From contig OZ024741.1 of assembly GCA_964016885.1 (NCBI GenBank), forward strand, positions 21,080,001-21,144,000: a stretch of 64,000 nucleotides of DNA, given 5' to 3'. This document shows positions 37,724 to 51,362 of the stretch, piece after piece. Under the pieces are notes generated by a model. That model ran no database searches and was not told the origin of the DNA. It was given only the letters and a program-made list of their open reading frames with translations. This DNA comes from Eledone cirrhosa (lineage: Eukaryota). Position 1 is the stretch's first letter. Each line of letters starts with the position of its first letter. The translations under genes and the position numbers were made by a program.

Positions 37724-40232
37724 AACAAGTATGCATAACGCACCAAAGTACTTAATACTTAGGGTATTAGAGTGGGTAATAGGAACAAGTATGACCCCGA
37801 CGGCAGAGCTCAAGCCGTTTCGACGGCTAATTCTAGACTAAATAAGAATAACTTCTCAGGAGGTAATTCCTTATATGGGAAGATAGTAATTGTCAAAAGG
37901 ATTGGTCAAAAACTTGTTGTAAAGACAGATGATTCTATCATGACATTTAGTGGGAGTTCGGGGTAGCTGAACTTGCCGGTAGAACAAAGAGATCAGTCGT
38001 TAGCTGTCGAGACACTGCATCCTTTAAAACCGCGACTGGGGATTTAAAATAACCCTACAAACGTCCCTAACCAGAGTAAACTTCCTGGATGTTACCCTTA
38101 ACCTCGATAATGATCTGTACTACCCATACAGGAAACCAAACGACAACCTGCATTACATCCACCGCCGATCGAACCATCCTAGAAACATCACCAATAACCT
38201 GGTTAAAAACATCTCCTTCCGCATATCTCGTTTGTCCGCTAATGAGCAGATATTCGACGAACATGCGCCTTATTACAACCAGGCCCTCAAGCGGAGTGGC
38301 TTCCGGGAGGAAATATCCTATTATCCAGCTTCCATTAGCGGAACCAGCAGGTGACACCGCCGCTCACGCAACGTAACGTGGTTCAATCCTCCCCCCACAA
38401 TGCCGAGGTGACAACACCTATCGGGAAAATCTTCTTTAGGCTCATCGAAAAATACTTCCCACTACAACACCGCTACCACAACATAATCAACAAAAACACC
38501 ATCAAACTCTCCTACAGCACCACGCCTAACTTTGCACAAAACATCGTCTCCTCTAACAACAAAAAACTCAACCCTATGGAAGAAATAATCTAGACAACAG
38601 AAAACTCAACCCTATGGAAGAAATAATCTAGACAACAGTGGAGAGCCGACCAGGAGGTGTAACTGTCCAGATAGATCCCTGTGCCCCCTCAACAACAGAT
38701 GCAGAGATCGTAATGTGATCTACCAGTACAACGTAAGGACGGACACCTCCAACAATGCTTATACAGGATTAACCGCTTGTGACTTCAAGACCCAGCTCTA
38801 CCTACACAGACATACTTTCCGAAACCCGGCCCGGCGTCATGCCACTACACTTTCGGGCAACATCTGGGACCTCAAAGATAATAATATAACCTACAATCTC
38901 ACTTGGAGCTTACTGTCCAGAGCTAACTCTTACACGGGAGGACGCCGTCCGTGTAACTTATGCTCGGAGGAAACATTACAAATGCTGTTTTCGAAGGACC
39001 AACTCCTAAACAAGAAAGACGAACTGGTAACTGCATGCAAACACAGATTGCGTAGGACTTACCTCGCCATCAAACAATGACCCGGGGGGGGGGGGGGTTA
39101 GACAAGGGCTGAAACACCCCACTTGCCGATTTTGTAAGGGGTAACCCCTGCTTACAAAGGTAGACGTAACTTTTTTATCTTTTCCTCTATATTTCCTTCT
39201 TCCCCCCATCTCTTCCTAGTCCTTCCACCTTAGATCTCCTTCCTTGTCTTTTTTCACCTTTTCGCCCACACGGATGCAGCCCATCGGTCCTCAGTACCCC
39301 CACCCTCCTAATTTTAAGATAGAATTGGCCGATTACGCTTTTTATAGCAGATGTGTTAGACCCCAGTAAATTGTTTTCTTTCTGGTTGCTGCTCCATTTC
39401 CGTGATTTCTAAATTTCTTAGTGGTATTTTTGTATTAGTATTCGTGTATTAGTATTTCTGTATTAGTATTCTGAATTAATATTTCGTATTAGTATTTTTG
39501 TAGTAGTATTTTAGTATGTTTGTTCTCAACTTATTAACCTGTCATTGTAAGATAGCATTGGCTGATTACTACTAACTATAGCAGTGGTGTTAGACCCCCT
39601 GTAAAGCCGGCTTTATAAAATTCTTTCACTACAATCTCGTATTTAGTATTTTTCTCCACCTATTAAACTTTTCTATAGCTTAGCAATACCAATGAGAGAT
39701 TTGGTGATTGTGGGGATGGAGTAGTAACCAGAAATTGTTTTTTATATATTTATTTCCTTATTTTTATAATGTTTTTTTTGTTTACTCCCTTTCGATTTAC
39801 CTATTCTTTCAACCCCCCCCCCCTTCTCCAGTACACTTTTTTCGACCTTCTATACACTATCCTTAGAATCTGCTGTATAGATTTCACCTTCAACGCTTGA
39901 CTGGGTTTCCCCCACTCCCTCTTTGTTCTACCGGCAAGTTCAGCTACCCCTACCTCCCACCAAATGCCATGATAGAATCATCTGTCTTTACAATAAATTT
40001 TTGACCAATCCTTTTGACAATTACTATCTTCCCATATAAGGAATTACCCCCTGAGAAGTTCGGCTATTTATTTACCAGGCTAAAAATTCTTATTTAGTCC
40101 AGAATTAGCCATCGAAACGGCTTGAGCTCTGCCGTCGGGGTCATACTTGTTCCTATTACCCACTCTACTACCCTAAGTATTAAGTACTTTGGTGCGTTAT
40201 GGTCCATCTGGTTCCTTACCACATTTCCTTCG

Positions 40233-40233
<1 letters not shown>
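37721..40233 (+). mobile_element. PLE family B (CxCx5C subgroup): inverted partial pLTR + truncated ORF + pLTR
   Basis: 37734-37991 is the reverse complement of 39919-40200. VNFLDVTL, WFNPP, CNCPDRSLC, AYTG and CNLC..E motifs lie in 38070-39080. TA flanks. Confidence 0.88.
40046..40141 (+). ncRNA. hammerhead with CTGAGAA core (C3.A8 mismatch); partial mirror at 37794-37865 (-)
   Basis: ACCCC-CTGAGAA-GTTCGGCTA...TAGCCATC-GAAA-CGGC(TTGAGCTCT)GCCG-TC-GGGGT, homologous to 32151. Confidence 0.65.
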
Positions 40234-40304
<71 letters not shown>

Positions 40305-40339
40305 ACTTAGCGCACCACCTCTCTATATAAAATGAGAGT

Positions 40340-40371
<32 letters not shown>

Positions 40372-40395
40372 GCTAGACAATGACCTTATTATAAA

Positions 40396-40527
40396 CTAGA
40401 TCACCCGTGACTCGTCAAGACACGTTCACTTCAAAATATTTTTTTAAAATCATGTTCACTAAAAAAAATTTTTAAATAATTAAAAAATACATAGACATCT
40501 ATATAATGTGAAATGAAACTGGAAGGC

Positions 40528-40573
<46 letters not shown>

Positions 40574-41180
40574 GTGTGTGTGTAGATATAATAATGATAA
40601 TAATAATAATAATGAAATTATTGTGTACAGTGCTGAGGTGCTCTGCAACTCATCAAAGGTGCATGTATAGTACATTGAATAATGTACAAATGTCAGGAAA
40701 ATGAACAGTGTACGAGTGATGAAATACATGTGTGTGTGTGTATGCAGGGGGGACATCAGGTGCAGTGTTGGCGAATCTCAGGAAGCATGGAGGTTTTAAA
40801 GGATGCAGTGTCTCGACAGCTAACGACTGATCATAGAAACACACACACATATATATACACACATTCTCACATATATATACACAACAACACCACCAGCTCT
40901 CTTCCATTCTCCTTCTCTGTCTCCTCTCCCTCTCTCTATGTCTCTCTTTCAATCTACTCTCTCACAAGATTTGTATCTTTCTCTCTCTTTGTTTATGAAG
41001 GTACCCGGAAAAACCCCATATCTCGGGAACTCGAGCTCCGATTTACGCGAAACTTGTTTTATTCCATTTGTATTCCCATTTCAGAGGCAACTTCCTTTCA
41101 AAGTATTTTTCCCATTATGCGCCCTTTTGGTTGTATTACATTACAGTTGAGCAAGCAATCACAAACTTTTAGTAATATAT
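40396..41180 (-). mobile_element. second Helitron-like family, copy 2
   Basis: Minus-strand 3' hairpin CGTG...CACG then CTAG|T. Homologous to 27600-28210. Confidence 0.55.
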
Positions 41181-41333
41181 TTTCATATATATATATATAC
41201 TGTATGTGTGTGTGTGTGTATTAGAAAGTGAACAACACAAAATATAACTTTGTGTTGTTCACTTTCTAATTAAATAACTCTGTTCTATACATAGAGCATT
41301 CTTTTTTCTTTGCTTTTCCTTCGGAATTACCTA

Positions 41334-41406
<73 letters not shown>

Positions 41407-41446
41407 CGAAACATAAGTCAATTGCATGAACTCATAATCCTTTATT

Positions 41447-41504
41447 TACTTCTATATATATTTCGATGACAGCCATTGAATGACTATGACCTCATCAGGC
41501 AGTT
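41447..41504 (-). ncRNA. hammerhead ribozyme related to 11759, isolated between TA tracts
   Basis: Minus strand: AACTGC-CTGATGA-GGTCATAGTCA(TTCAA)TGGCTGTCATC-GAAA-TATATATA-GAAGTA. Confidence 0.78.
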
Positions 41505-41510
41505 AGTCAG

Positions 41511-41588
<78 letters not shown>

Positions 41589-41756
41589 GCGCATGTATTG
41601 TTTTTGGCGGTAGTCTCCTTCCTCCTATTTTCGAGACAGTGTGAGATTTTTTTTAGAACTGCTGGACTAACAACCTAGCAACTCCCTCAAGCACTGATGG
41701 TGATTATCGCTAAATATTGATGTTGATTTGGTTATCAATATTAATATTATTGGGCA

Positions 41757-41879
41757 CCCACTGAAGAATTATATGAGTCCACTTGTGTAAGTATCTGCTG
41801 ATCTTATACAAGCTTCTACAGAAATTGGTATAATTTCACCCAACTTGTAGAAATCTTATAGTGAAACGAGTCGTCTGGG
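41757..41879 (+). ncRNA. hammerhead ribozyme with branched domain II (homolog of 12486)
   Basis: CCCA-CTGAAGA-ATTATATGAG...two hairpins...CTTATAGT-GAAA-CGAGTCG-TC-TGGG. Confidence 0.8.
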
Positions 41880-42547
41880 AAGAGATATATTTGATATGTC
41901 TCATATGAAATGATACAGCCAATTCTCCACACAATACAATATAGTTAGCACCCCGAACGTTTAATTAGGAATATACTCAGATATTTCCTAATGTTTGTTG
42001 AGTGAGTTGGAATTTGCCCGGAGTATCGCTATTAGTTTCTCCGTTTATGTATTTATATAACCAACTATTCTTTTCACAGACTCATGCTTGGAAACTCTCT
42101 TGATCTGCATGTACACCCTGTTTTTGCACTGCTTGTGCTTTGATGTATCTATGCTTTGCTTTGTCTTATATTTTGGGGGGTTTCCGGGCTTTTTGTTCCT
42201 TTATTGTTTTGTATTTTTATATTTATCTCTTTTCTTATCCCTGTATTATTGTACTTTTTTATTATATTTTTTTCTTATTTTCTTATTCTCTCTGATCATG
42301 CTGAGTAATACCCTCACTCATCCCTTGCTACCCTCTCCCAACCTCTTTATCATCTATTGCACCACTTAAGTGATAACTTTTTGGTGTAATTTTTAAATTT
42401 TTAAGACATTTTATGACATTATGTGTATCATGTATTATGTCTTTTTCCATATAGCGCTGGCCTCGGGACCCCCCTGCTGGTCCTTTAACCTTGTTCCGGT
42501 GACGCAGCTCGATGGAGCATGCAACTACTGATAAACTATTGTTTATA

Positions 42548-42594
42548 GGCTCTGAAGATTCCTGCCATGGTGTATGGATGAAACACTGTTAGCT
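42548..42594 (+). ncRNA. minimal hammerhead ribozyme (relative of 4189)
   Basis: GGCT-CTGAAGA-TTCC...GGAT-GAAA-CACTG-TT-AGCT-AATAAA. Confidence 0.75.
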
Positions 42595-42755
42595 AATAAA
42601 ACAATGTATTTCTAACCACTCTTTGGTTATTCCTATAACTATAACGGCTCTGTAGTATACTAGTTATCCTAAATTGAGCTAAAACCACACTGTCATACCA
42701 AGGGCAATATATCTACATGTCTGGGCATATTGATATATTTGTCAACGAAACTATG

Positions 42756-42823
<68 letters not shown>

Positions 42824-42971
42824 ATATTAACAAATGGAAACTATATTTATAAAACCATATTTATTTCTTTATACATATTTCAAGGGCCTTACTCCAATAA
42901 TTTGTTGAGTGCTTTATATCAGTTATAAAATTATTTTGCTTGTTGTATCCCAACAAATTAAATATAACCTC

Positions 42972-43025
<54 letters not shown>

Positions 43026-43067
43026 TTCAAAATATTAACAAAAATAGACATTCGTGTGATCAAGTAT

Positions 43068-43132
43068 ATTTCATTATACATATTTCAGAGGTACTGAGCT
43101 ATCTTCAACAGTACGTCCTCATCAGATAAAAT
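43068..43132 (-). ncRNA. hammerhead ribozyme (ATTTTAT stem I family)
   Basis: Minus strand: ATTTTAT-CTGATGA-GGACGTACTG...CAGTACCTCT-GAAA-TATGTA-TA-ATGAAAT. Confidence 0.75.
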
Positions 43133-44382
43133 AAGATGATGCATGACATACCCTGACTTAGTAGATGGTTAAGATTCAGTCATGGTAGTGAATAAGATAT
43201 GACAAAACTCAATATTTATATACCTTAAGATTGAGACATGAAAAAATTTACATATAATACAGAGGGTGTGTGTGAGAAAGCTTAAAAATACATAATAGCA
43301 ATTTACATAACTCATTCTTTGATTTATTCATTGAACCTTTAAGTATATATATATATATATATATTTATTAAAATAACAGATTAAAGTTTAAGCAAAGAAT
43401 CGCTGCTTTCACCCTTAACTGGATCTTCTGAAACTAACAAAATCAATCTGTAAACGCAGAAGTGGATATTTCAAAAAACGTTGCAACCGGAGGAAGACAG
43501 GAAGACGATACTTTGGTTCGTGGAAACGTTCCCTGGCAAAGAACGGGAAAAAACGAATATAATACGTCATTAATAGGAGCGGTGAAAAACAATTACGCGC
43601 AAAGACAGAACCACGTTTATGGTATAAAAGAAGTCGTAGACTAATGTTCTCTTAAAGTGGTTCATAGAGACGTTCTCTGGCAATGAACGGAAAAAACGAA
43701 GATAATACGTCGTATGTGAAGCGTGGAGAACAATAGCACGCAAAGACAAAACCACGTAAATGGTATAGCTGAAGTCGTAGACTAAAATTCTAACTAGGAA
43801 ACCGAATGAATCTCCGCTTCAGAGTTAAGAATAAAGTAAATAAAATACAATACAGAGGTAATAGAAATTAAATAAATACATACACGCATGCAAATACGTA
43901 CATACACAAGCATACGCGAAAACACTTGCCATAGGTATACAAAACCACGCACATATAAATATGTGTGTGTGTGTGTGTGTGCGTGTATACAAATAAATAA
44001 ATAATTAAATAAACGTATATAAATAAATAAATACGTATATAACAAGCGCGCACACATACCTACATATAAATACACAAATGTTCGGAGACGTAAGTCAACC
44101 AAAACATGAAGTACACATATACACACACCCAACATACGCACGAACCTGCATACTCACACAGACGCAAAACTCCCGTATACACATAACCAAACCATATGCA
44201 CCAGAATCTATAAAAAATTATACGCCATAACATATACAATCAAATATACGTACGAGAAAGTATACGTACCTTCACAAAACATACAGGTAATATATACTTA
44301 CCTATGCAAATAAGTAATGGTATAAACAAAACATATACTTAGCTACCACATCAAGACGTAAAATATCCACGTATAGATCGTA

Positions 44383-46515
44383 CTATCCGTTAGGGTATAA
44401 CGTGGGGCTGTAATACAGGAAAGTTTTGTGCAATTTATGTTTACAAGCCGAAATTGCCTCAGATTTTTTGTTAAGGATGTGGTCTGTGGCGTAGAGTATT
44501 TCCAGGGCCTCAGCGGCGCAGAGGTCACACGGTCTTTTATTTCCGTTATACAATCTAGCCCTAGCTAGGATCTCCCAGTGTAACTTATATTGGGTGTGGT
44601 TGTCTTTTAGACTCCAGATATAAGCTGAAAGTGACGTCATATTCCTTCTTAGAGGGTAACGAAAATAATGGGTATACATGTAAAGACGCTGCTTGAATCT
44701 ATTGGCGGTTAACCCTGTGTAGGCCCTGCGGGACGTGGGTGTTTCAACCTTACATTTGTAGACAATGTTACTAGAGAGGCATTTCCCGGATAGGGGGCAA
44801 TCAACCCGATTCCTACAATTACAGTTAGTACTAATTACAGGGTTGCACGTGTTTCTACGGCTAGGTAGTTTAGCTAAATTTGAAGCTGTGATGTTATGTG
44901 CAAGGTTAGGAGTCGTAGAGTAAGAAATTTTAATAGTATTTCTATAAAAAATTTTACTATATTTATGTGTAGGGGGAAAATGCTTCGTAATAAGGAAAAG
45001 AAAGATCTTAGCTAATGGTGTGGCCACCTCCATATTATATGGTGGGTTATACCAACAAATGCGACGGGATCTATTTCTTCTAGGTCTATTTTCGTACTCA
45101 GTATATGCTACCTTATCGACAAATCCACTCCGAGCAAGAGCTTCATTGTAATAAGTGGAATGGTTGTTGAAAATATGCTCGTTAGTAGATAGACGGGAAA
45201 GCCTCAACGAAACGTTTCTTACCAGGTTCTTGGTTATGCTGGCAGGATGGTTGGAATGCTTACTTATGTAATTAAGCGTATCATTCGGCTTTCTATACGG
45301 GTAATACAACCCATTCGATAAATTGAGGGTAACATCGAGGTAATTAACGACCGAAAGATTGGCCTCACCTGTATAGAGAGGTTGAAGCCTTTAAAGAAGG
45401 CTGTGAATTCTTTTCTGAATATGTCGCAAGCACGAGGTCCGCACTTAGTCATGGTCAAAAGACCATCATCACGGTACAAACCACCGCCCGCGTTGGGGAA
45501 TTCGTCCTTGATAGAGAAAAGAAGGAAAAGGCCGATAAGATCAGTAACCTCCGCAGAATCGCTGGCGCCCATACTCACGTCGAATGGGGTACTATTGGAT
45601 TTTTTAATCCAAATAGAGTGAGTCGTCGAAATTAATCACCGACTTACGGGCATTGAGGATGACATCAACTTCGAAATCCTTAACCACTGTGAGTGTTTTA
45701 GCGAAATTGATAGCTCTAAGGAGAAGTGGTAAAGTGATGGAGGAGTAGTAATTGTTGATGTCGAATTGGATAAAACGGCAATGTTCCTTGTTACATATGC
45801 CGTTGAACCAATCAATCACCGCGAAGGAATTGTTCCACAGTGCAAGAGGGGCCAAACTTCTAATTTCAGGTATAATTCTATCAAGAATCCTTTTACTAAG
45901 TCTACCTAAATCGGACTTCGTAGGGTTAATAAGCTGAATAGAGGGGTTGTTCGGAAAATTGGATTTGTGATCCTTCAGGGTAAAGTGGGGAGAAATAGGG
46001 TCCAGAGGTTCGGTCCGGTCCAGAATGTTAAGATCAGAGGTGATTTTAAACCCAGCATCGTTGATTTCATTGATGACGCACCGATTAGTTTTACGGTAAT
46101 CCTTAGTTACAGCATTATGTAGTAGTTGATGGTAAGTACTGCGCTCCACTTGATATAGGTTGCCAGTTTTGTCGGAATGGACGTGCACGGCATTAGAATC
46201 CTTAATAGAACGAATTCTATTCTTCAGCTCCTGCTGGAAGGAATTGCTCCTATTCCGAAATTTGATACTCCGTATGAGTTCCAAGACATCATTTTCGAAG
46301 GGTAGCAATGCTGGGTTACACAGGGGGTTATTATAGGTTTTAAACCCAAATTTATCCTGTTTGTTGTCTGCTTTTCGCGGATTATCGAAATAAAAGGCAC
46401 GCCAACGCAACCTTTTAATGAACGCGTCTGTTTTCTGTATCAGGAGTTTTAGGTATGTTTTCCTGCTTGGTATGGGTATGTTCTTTGTAGAAATATCCAG
46501 GTGTTGTTTCTGCAT
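44383..46515 (-). pseudogene. PLE RT + GIY-YIG-like ORF with two frameshifts
   Basis: STKNIP, SDKT, TLKDHK, QFDI, GLYRDD, WYNPPY, CNCRNRVDC, AYTG, CDLC..E and CKH across ORFs 45604..46515, 45264..45578 and 44383..45309. Confidence 0.9.
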
Positions 46516-46848
46516 GATGAATATAAGTCAATAGAGTGCTCAACCGAGGGAGCCAAATAGTAATAATAATAAATTTGAAGACTAAAATCCAAAGAGGGCT
46601 CGATAAGGATAAATATATATCAAATATATAAGAACCGTAGAGCAAATATTTATTAAAATAACAGATTAAAGTTTAAGCAAAGAATCGGTGCTTTCACCCT
46701 TAACTGGATCTTCTGAAACTAACAAAGTCAATCTGTAAACGCAGAAGTGGATATTTCAAAAAACGTTGCAACCGGAGGAAGACAGGAAGACGATACTTTG
46801 GTTCGTGAAAACGTTCCCTGGCAGAGAACGGGAAAAAACGAATATAAT

Positions 46849-46946
46849 TGTTTCTACGTTAGGCACAAGGCCACCAATTACCCAGTGTATTACTGGTACT
46901 TTATTTTATCGACCCTGTAAGGATGAAAGGCAAAGTTAACCTCGGC
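46849..46946 (-). mobile_element. 5'-truncated SINE with 18-bp TSD inside a pLTR
   Basis: GGAAAAAACGAATATAAT at 46831 and 46947. Single copy in the sister pLTR near 43546. Confidence 0.92.
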
Positions 46947-47404
46947 GGAAAAAACGAATATAATACGTCATTAATAGGAGCGGTGAAAAACAATTACGCG
47001 CAAAGACAGAACCACGTTTATGGTATAAAAGAAGTCGTAGACTAATGTTCTCTTAAAGTGGTTCATAGAGACGTTCTCTGGCAATGAACGGAAAAAACGA
47101 AGATAATACGTCGTATGTGAAGCGTGGAGAACAATTGCACGCAAAGACAAAACCACGTAAATGGTATAGCTGAAGTCGTAGACTAAAATTCTAACTAGGA
47201 AACCGAATGAATCTCCGCTTCAGAGTTAAGAATAAAGTAAATAAAATACAATACAGAGGTAATAGAAATTAAATAAATACATACACGCATGCAAATACGT
47301 ACATACACAAGCATACGCGAAAACACTTGCCATAGGTATACAAAACCACGCACATATAAATATGTGTGTGTGTGTGCGTGCGTGTATACAATATATTCGT
47401 TTTT

Positions 47405-48700
47405 TCCCGTTATGCGGTATGCGGTATGCGCTGTGAGTGCACGTCATGAGAACCAGAAGGCCCACGAGGGGCAATACCCCGCTTACACTGTACAGGACAA
47501 GGACTTCAAGGCCGTGTTTGATGGGCAGCGATGGGTTGTTGAGTGGTACTGGAAGGGAGAACCACCAACACTGAAGACCAAAGTGGGCTGCTATCAACAC
47601 ACATTGAAGGGAAACGCTAGGGGCGAGTTCGAGCGAGAAGTAGAGAGATGGATCGAAGAGGGCATACTGCTTCCCTGGAAGGAGGAGGTGAAGTGCGGAG
47701 TATTGCCGTTGATGGCGGTGGTGCAACCCACGAAGAGCAAGGTGAGGCCGGTGCTGGACTATCGAGAGCTGAACGAGCACGCGCCATGCCACACGGGTGG
47801 CGAGGTCACGGATGTCTGTGGGGGAACCCTGCGTGAGTGGAGACGCATGACGGGGGGGTTCAGCGATCGTGGATCTAAAGTCGGCTTACTTGCAGTTGCA
47901 TATAGATGAGAAGCTCTGGCGGTATCAGCTGGTCAGGTATAAGGGCCGGACATATTGCCTGACCAGGCTCGGTTTGGGGCTGAGCTCCGCACCGAAGATC
48001 ATGGCGGCGGTCCTCAAGACCGCTCTGGGGAGGGCCGACAAGATAAAGAGGGCTACTAACTCCTACATTGACGACATCCTAGTGGACGAGTCGGTGGTGT
48101 CGACGGCGGAGGTCACGAGCCATTTGCGGAGGCATGGACTGACTGCGAAGCCATCAGAAGCATTGGAGGGAGGAGCCGCGCTGGGACTTAGGCTACGACG
48201 AGATAAGACGGGCGTTTTGGTGTTCCAGAGGGGAAACGAAGTTCCGGAACTGGGCCCAAGTATGAATAGGCGGGAGCTTTTCTCGGTGTGTGGAAAGCTG
48301 GTGGGTCACTACCCGATCGCTGGGTGGCTCCGGATGGCATGCAGCTATGTCAAGAGACGAGCGGGAGGGGTGACTTGGAGTGACAGAGTGGGAGAGAGAA
48401 CGGTGGCCATGATGCAGGAGATCGTGGGGAGGGTGAAGGCCGACGACCCAGTGCGGGGACGCTGGTATGTTCCCAAATCACGGAGCGGGACCGTATGGTG
48501 CGATGCCAGCAGCATAGCGCTGGGTGTCACGTTGGAGATAGGAGGTGTTGAGGTCGAGGATGCAGCCTGGCTTAGAAAGAAGGACGACTGCAGCCACATC
48601 AATGTGGCCGAGCTGGACGCGGTGTTGAGAGGGGTGAACCTCGCCCTGCGGTGGGGGCTGCGCACCATCGAGATACGCACCGACTCGGCTACCGTGGCTA
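47405..48700 (+). mobile_element. LTR-retrotransposon-type (Gypsy-like) RT-RNase H fragment
   Basis: VRPVLDYRELN, DLKSAYLQ, SYIDD, WCDAS, HINVAEL and RTDS motifs. One frameshift near 47855. GC-rich island. Confidence 0.8.
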
Positions 48701-48890
48701 CATGTGGCCCTTGAAATATGTATAATAAAATAAATATGGTTTTATAAATATAGTTTCCATTTATTAATATATGTAAATACACAATATATTAATAAATGGA
48801 AACTATATTTATAAAACCATATTTATTTTATTATACATATTTCAAGGGCCACATGGCAAATTATGATGCGCTTTCTTCAGATAAAATACA
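48701..48890 (-). ncRNA. hammerhead (48824-48888) within a tail-to-tail inverted repeat 48701-48855
   Basis: Minus strand: TATTTTAT-CTGAAGA-AAGCGC...GCCCTT-GAAA-TATGTA-TA-ATAAAATA. Confidence 0.72.
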
Positions 48891-48941
48891 GGTTTGTTTT
48901 ATAAATAAACATTGACAAACCCGGAAAAGGACAACGTTAAG

Positions 48942-49010
<69 letters not shown>

Positions 49011-49502
49011 CGTGCGTGTGGGTGTGGGTGTGGGTGTGTGTGTGTGGAAAGTGAAACGTAAAGGTTGGCAGCCATTGGTCCACAACTTTGCTATAAAAAC
49101 TGTTTCAGTCTGTTGTTGATATTCAGTCTGTGTGTTGCCTGTTTAAATTACAGCGATGATGCGGTTATCACTTTTCTTCTTAATTTCTTCACTTCTCGTT
49201 CTATTTCAAACGAGCAAAGCCGTTGAATGTAAGTTAACCAATTAAATTTTTATCTATTATCTGAGAATTGTAATTACCACCAAAATCGTTGTTTTTGTTG
49301 TTTACAACACTGATTGAATAAACCTATAATCAACGACATTCCAGGTGTGGCCATCCGGCTTTCTATTGATTTATTTTTTTTACTGCTGTTTTTAGCAGTA
49401 GATCTAGCTACCCCTAAAGAGCTTATTTCTAACATTAGGTCCATTGTAATAGTTTAAATGATTTAACAGTAGCGAACTCATCTCAGTTAAGAATAGAATT
49501 AC

Positions 49503-49565
<63 letters not shown>

Positions 49566-49567
<2 letters not shown>

Positions 49568-49672
49568 AACCAGTAAGACCCCGACAGCTGAGCTCAAGCC
49601 GTTTCGACGGCTAATTCTGGACATACTTTGGTGCGTTATGGTCCACCTGGTTCCTTACCACATTTCCTTCGT
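49566..49672 (+). mobile_element. PLE family B mini-insertion
   Basis: Inverted HHR 3' half plus terminal TACTTTGGTGCG...TTCCTTCGT, in (TA)n. Confidence 0.8.
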
Positions 49673-50653
49673 TATATATATATATATATGCGTTTCGTTT
49701 CGCTTTTTCTACCAGCCGAAATACGATTCTCGCTGAATTTATATTTATATATATATATAAAATAGTATTTCTTTGTGTATATATATATATATGCATGTAT
49801 ATATATGTGTGTGCGTGTGTATGTACACATACATACACACGTGCACACACAATGTGTGTAATCGTTTTCTTTGTTTTATCTGTTGAATCCACCGTGCCGA
49901 CGTTTAAACACACACACAAAAAAAAAATGAGGAAACAACGTGGTTGTTCGACCCCTTTAAGCATACCCTACTATCTTTAATAATTGAAAAACACATTGAA
50001 CAATACAGTTTAGATATAGAAATTGATGGGATGGTCACGACTGGATCGGGGCTGAGACTGGAGTAACAGACCCTGCTCCTGACTCCTATTTATTTATTTT
50101 TTTTTTTTTCGTATCATTGTTCGGTTGTTTTTTTTTGTTTTTTTCCTGACTGCAAGATCACCACCATGCCGTGTATTTACCACTACTTAAATTCTATTTC
50201 TTAGTTATAACAAAGGAGAAATGTAATAATATTTTTTTTTAATTTACAAATAATATCTAAACTTTAAAATTTTACATTTTATATATTTACACTTAGAAAG
50301 TTATTTTAAAGTTTTAGGTATTAAAGTTCGGTATTTCACTTTTATAAATGATACATGAATCAACTTAATTACTTTACCTCCAGATCAAAAGTCGTTCTTG
50401 TTTAAATCCAAGGACAAATCTGATCCAATAGACATGTTATCAGAGGCATTCCAGCCATGACTATCTTGTCTTTTTGGGGTTCTTCTCTAATATAGGTATA
50501 ATCTTGAAGAAAGTCGAGTATGGCTGCTATTTCTAGCAGGGCATATGACCATGTACAGGCTCCTTCATTTATAATTGGCTTACCCGAAAGAAATCACGTT
50601 TGCGGTTACTACTATTATTGCTGCTGCTACCACTACTTAATAACAGTAATAAT

Positions 50654-50838
50654 TGTTTCTACTTTAGGCACAAGGCCAGCAATTACTCAGTGCATTACTG
50701 GTACTTTATTTTATCGACCCCGTAAAGATGAAAGGCAAAGTCAACCTCGGCGGGATTTGAACTCAAATCGTAAAGGGACGTAACTATGCTGGAAAGCATG
50801 GCTTACGACCCTCTACCGATACTGCCAATCCACCGCCC
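50654..50838 (-). mobile_element. full-length SINE with 16-bp TSD; further copies follow in 50930-51350
   Basis: TSD TAATAACAGTAATAAT at 50638 and 50839. B box read on the + strand as GGATTTGAACTC. Confidence 0.88.
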
Positions 50839-51362
50839 TAATAACAGTAATAATGGTAATACAATTATAGTAATTAAAGTGATAATTGTTATATTTGATG
50901 TGTGAAAAGATATGGAAATTGCATAATAACGGTTTCTACTTTTAGCACAAGGCCAGCAATTATCCAAGTGCATTACTGGTATGAGTTGAGTACAAGGCCA
51001 ACAATTTTGGGGAGAGGGGAAAGTCGATTAAATCGACCCTAGTGCGTTACTGGTACTTTATTTTATCGATCCCGTAAAGATGAAAGGCAAAGCTAACCTC
51101 GGCGGGATTTGAACTCAGAACGTAAAGGAATATTTGTTTTTGATTTAGGCACAAGGCCAGTAATTTTTTGTTTTGGGGTGGGGTGGGGGGAGTGAATTTA
51201 ATCCACCCCAGGACTTACTTAACCAGAACTTTATTTTATCGACCCCGAAAGGAAAGTTAACCTCGGTGGTATTTGAACCCAACATAAAGTACCGGTAAAA
51301 TATACTTTGAGACAATTTAATCCAATGTTCTAGCAGTTCTGCTTATTGGCTGTTATTTTCAT

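Larger units (their letters stand above)
43363..47390 (-). mobile_element. PLE family C (CxCx5C subgroup), near full length with direct pseudo-LTRs
   Basis: Direct repeats 43363-43990 and 46647-47390. U4A HHR copies at 43385-43435 and 46670-46720. Confidence 0.92.
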
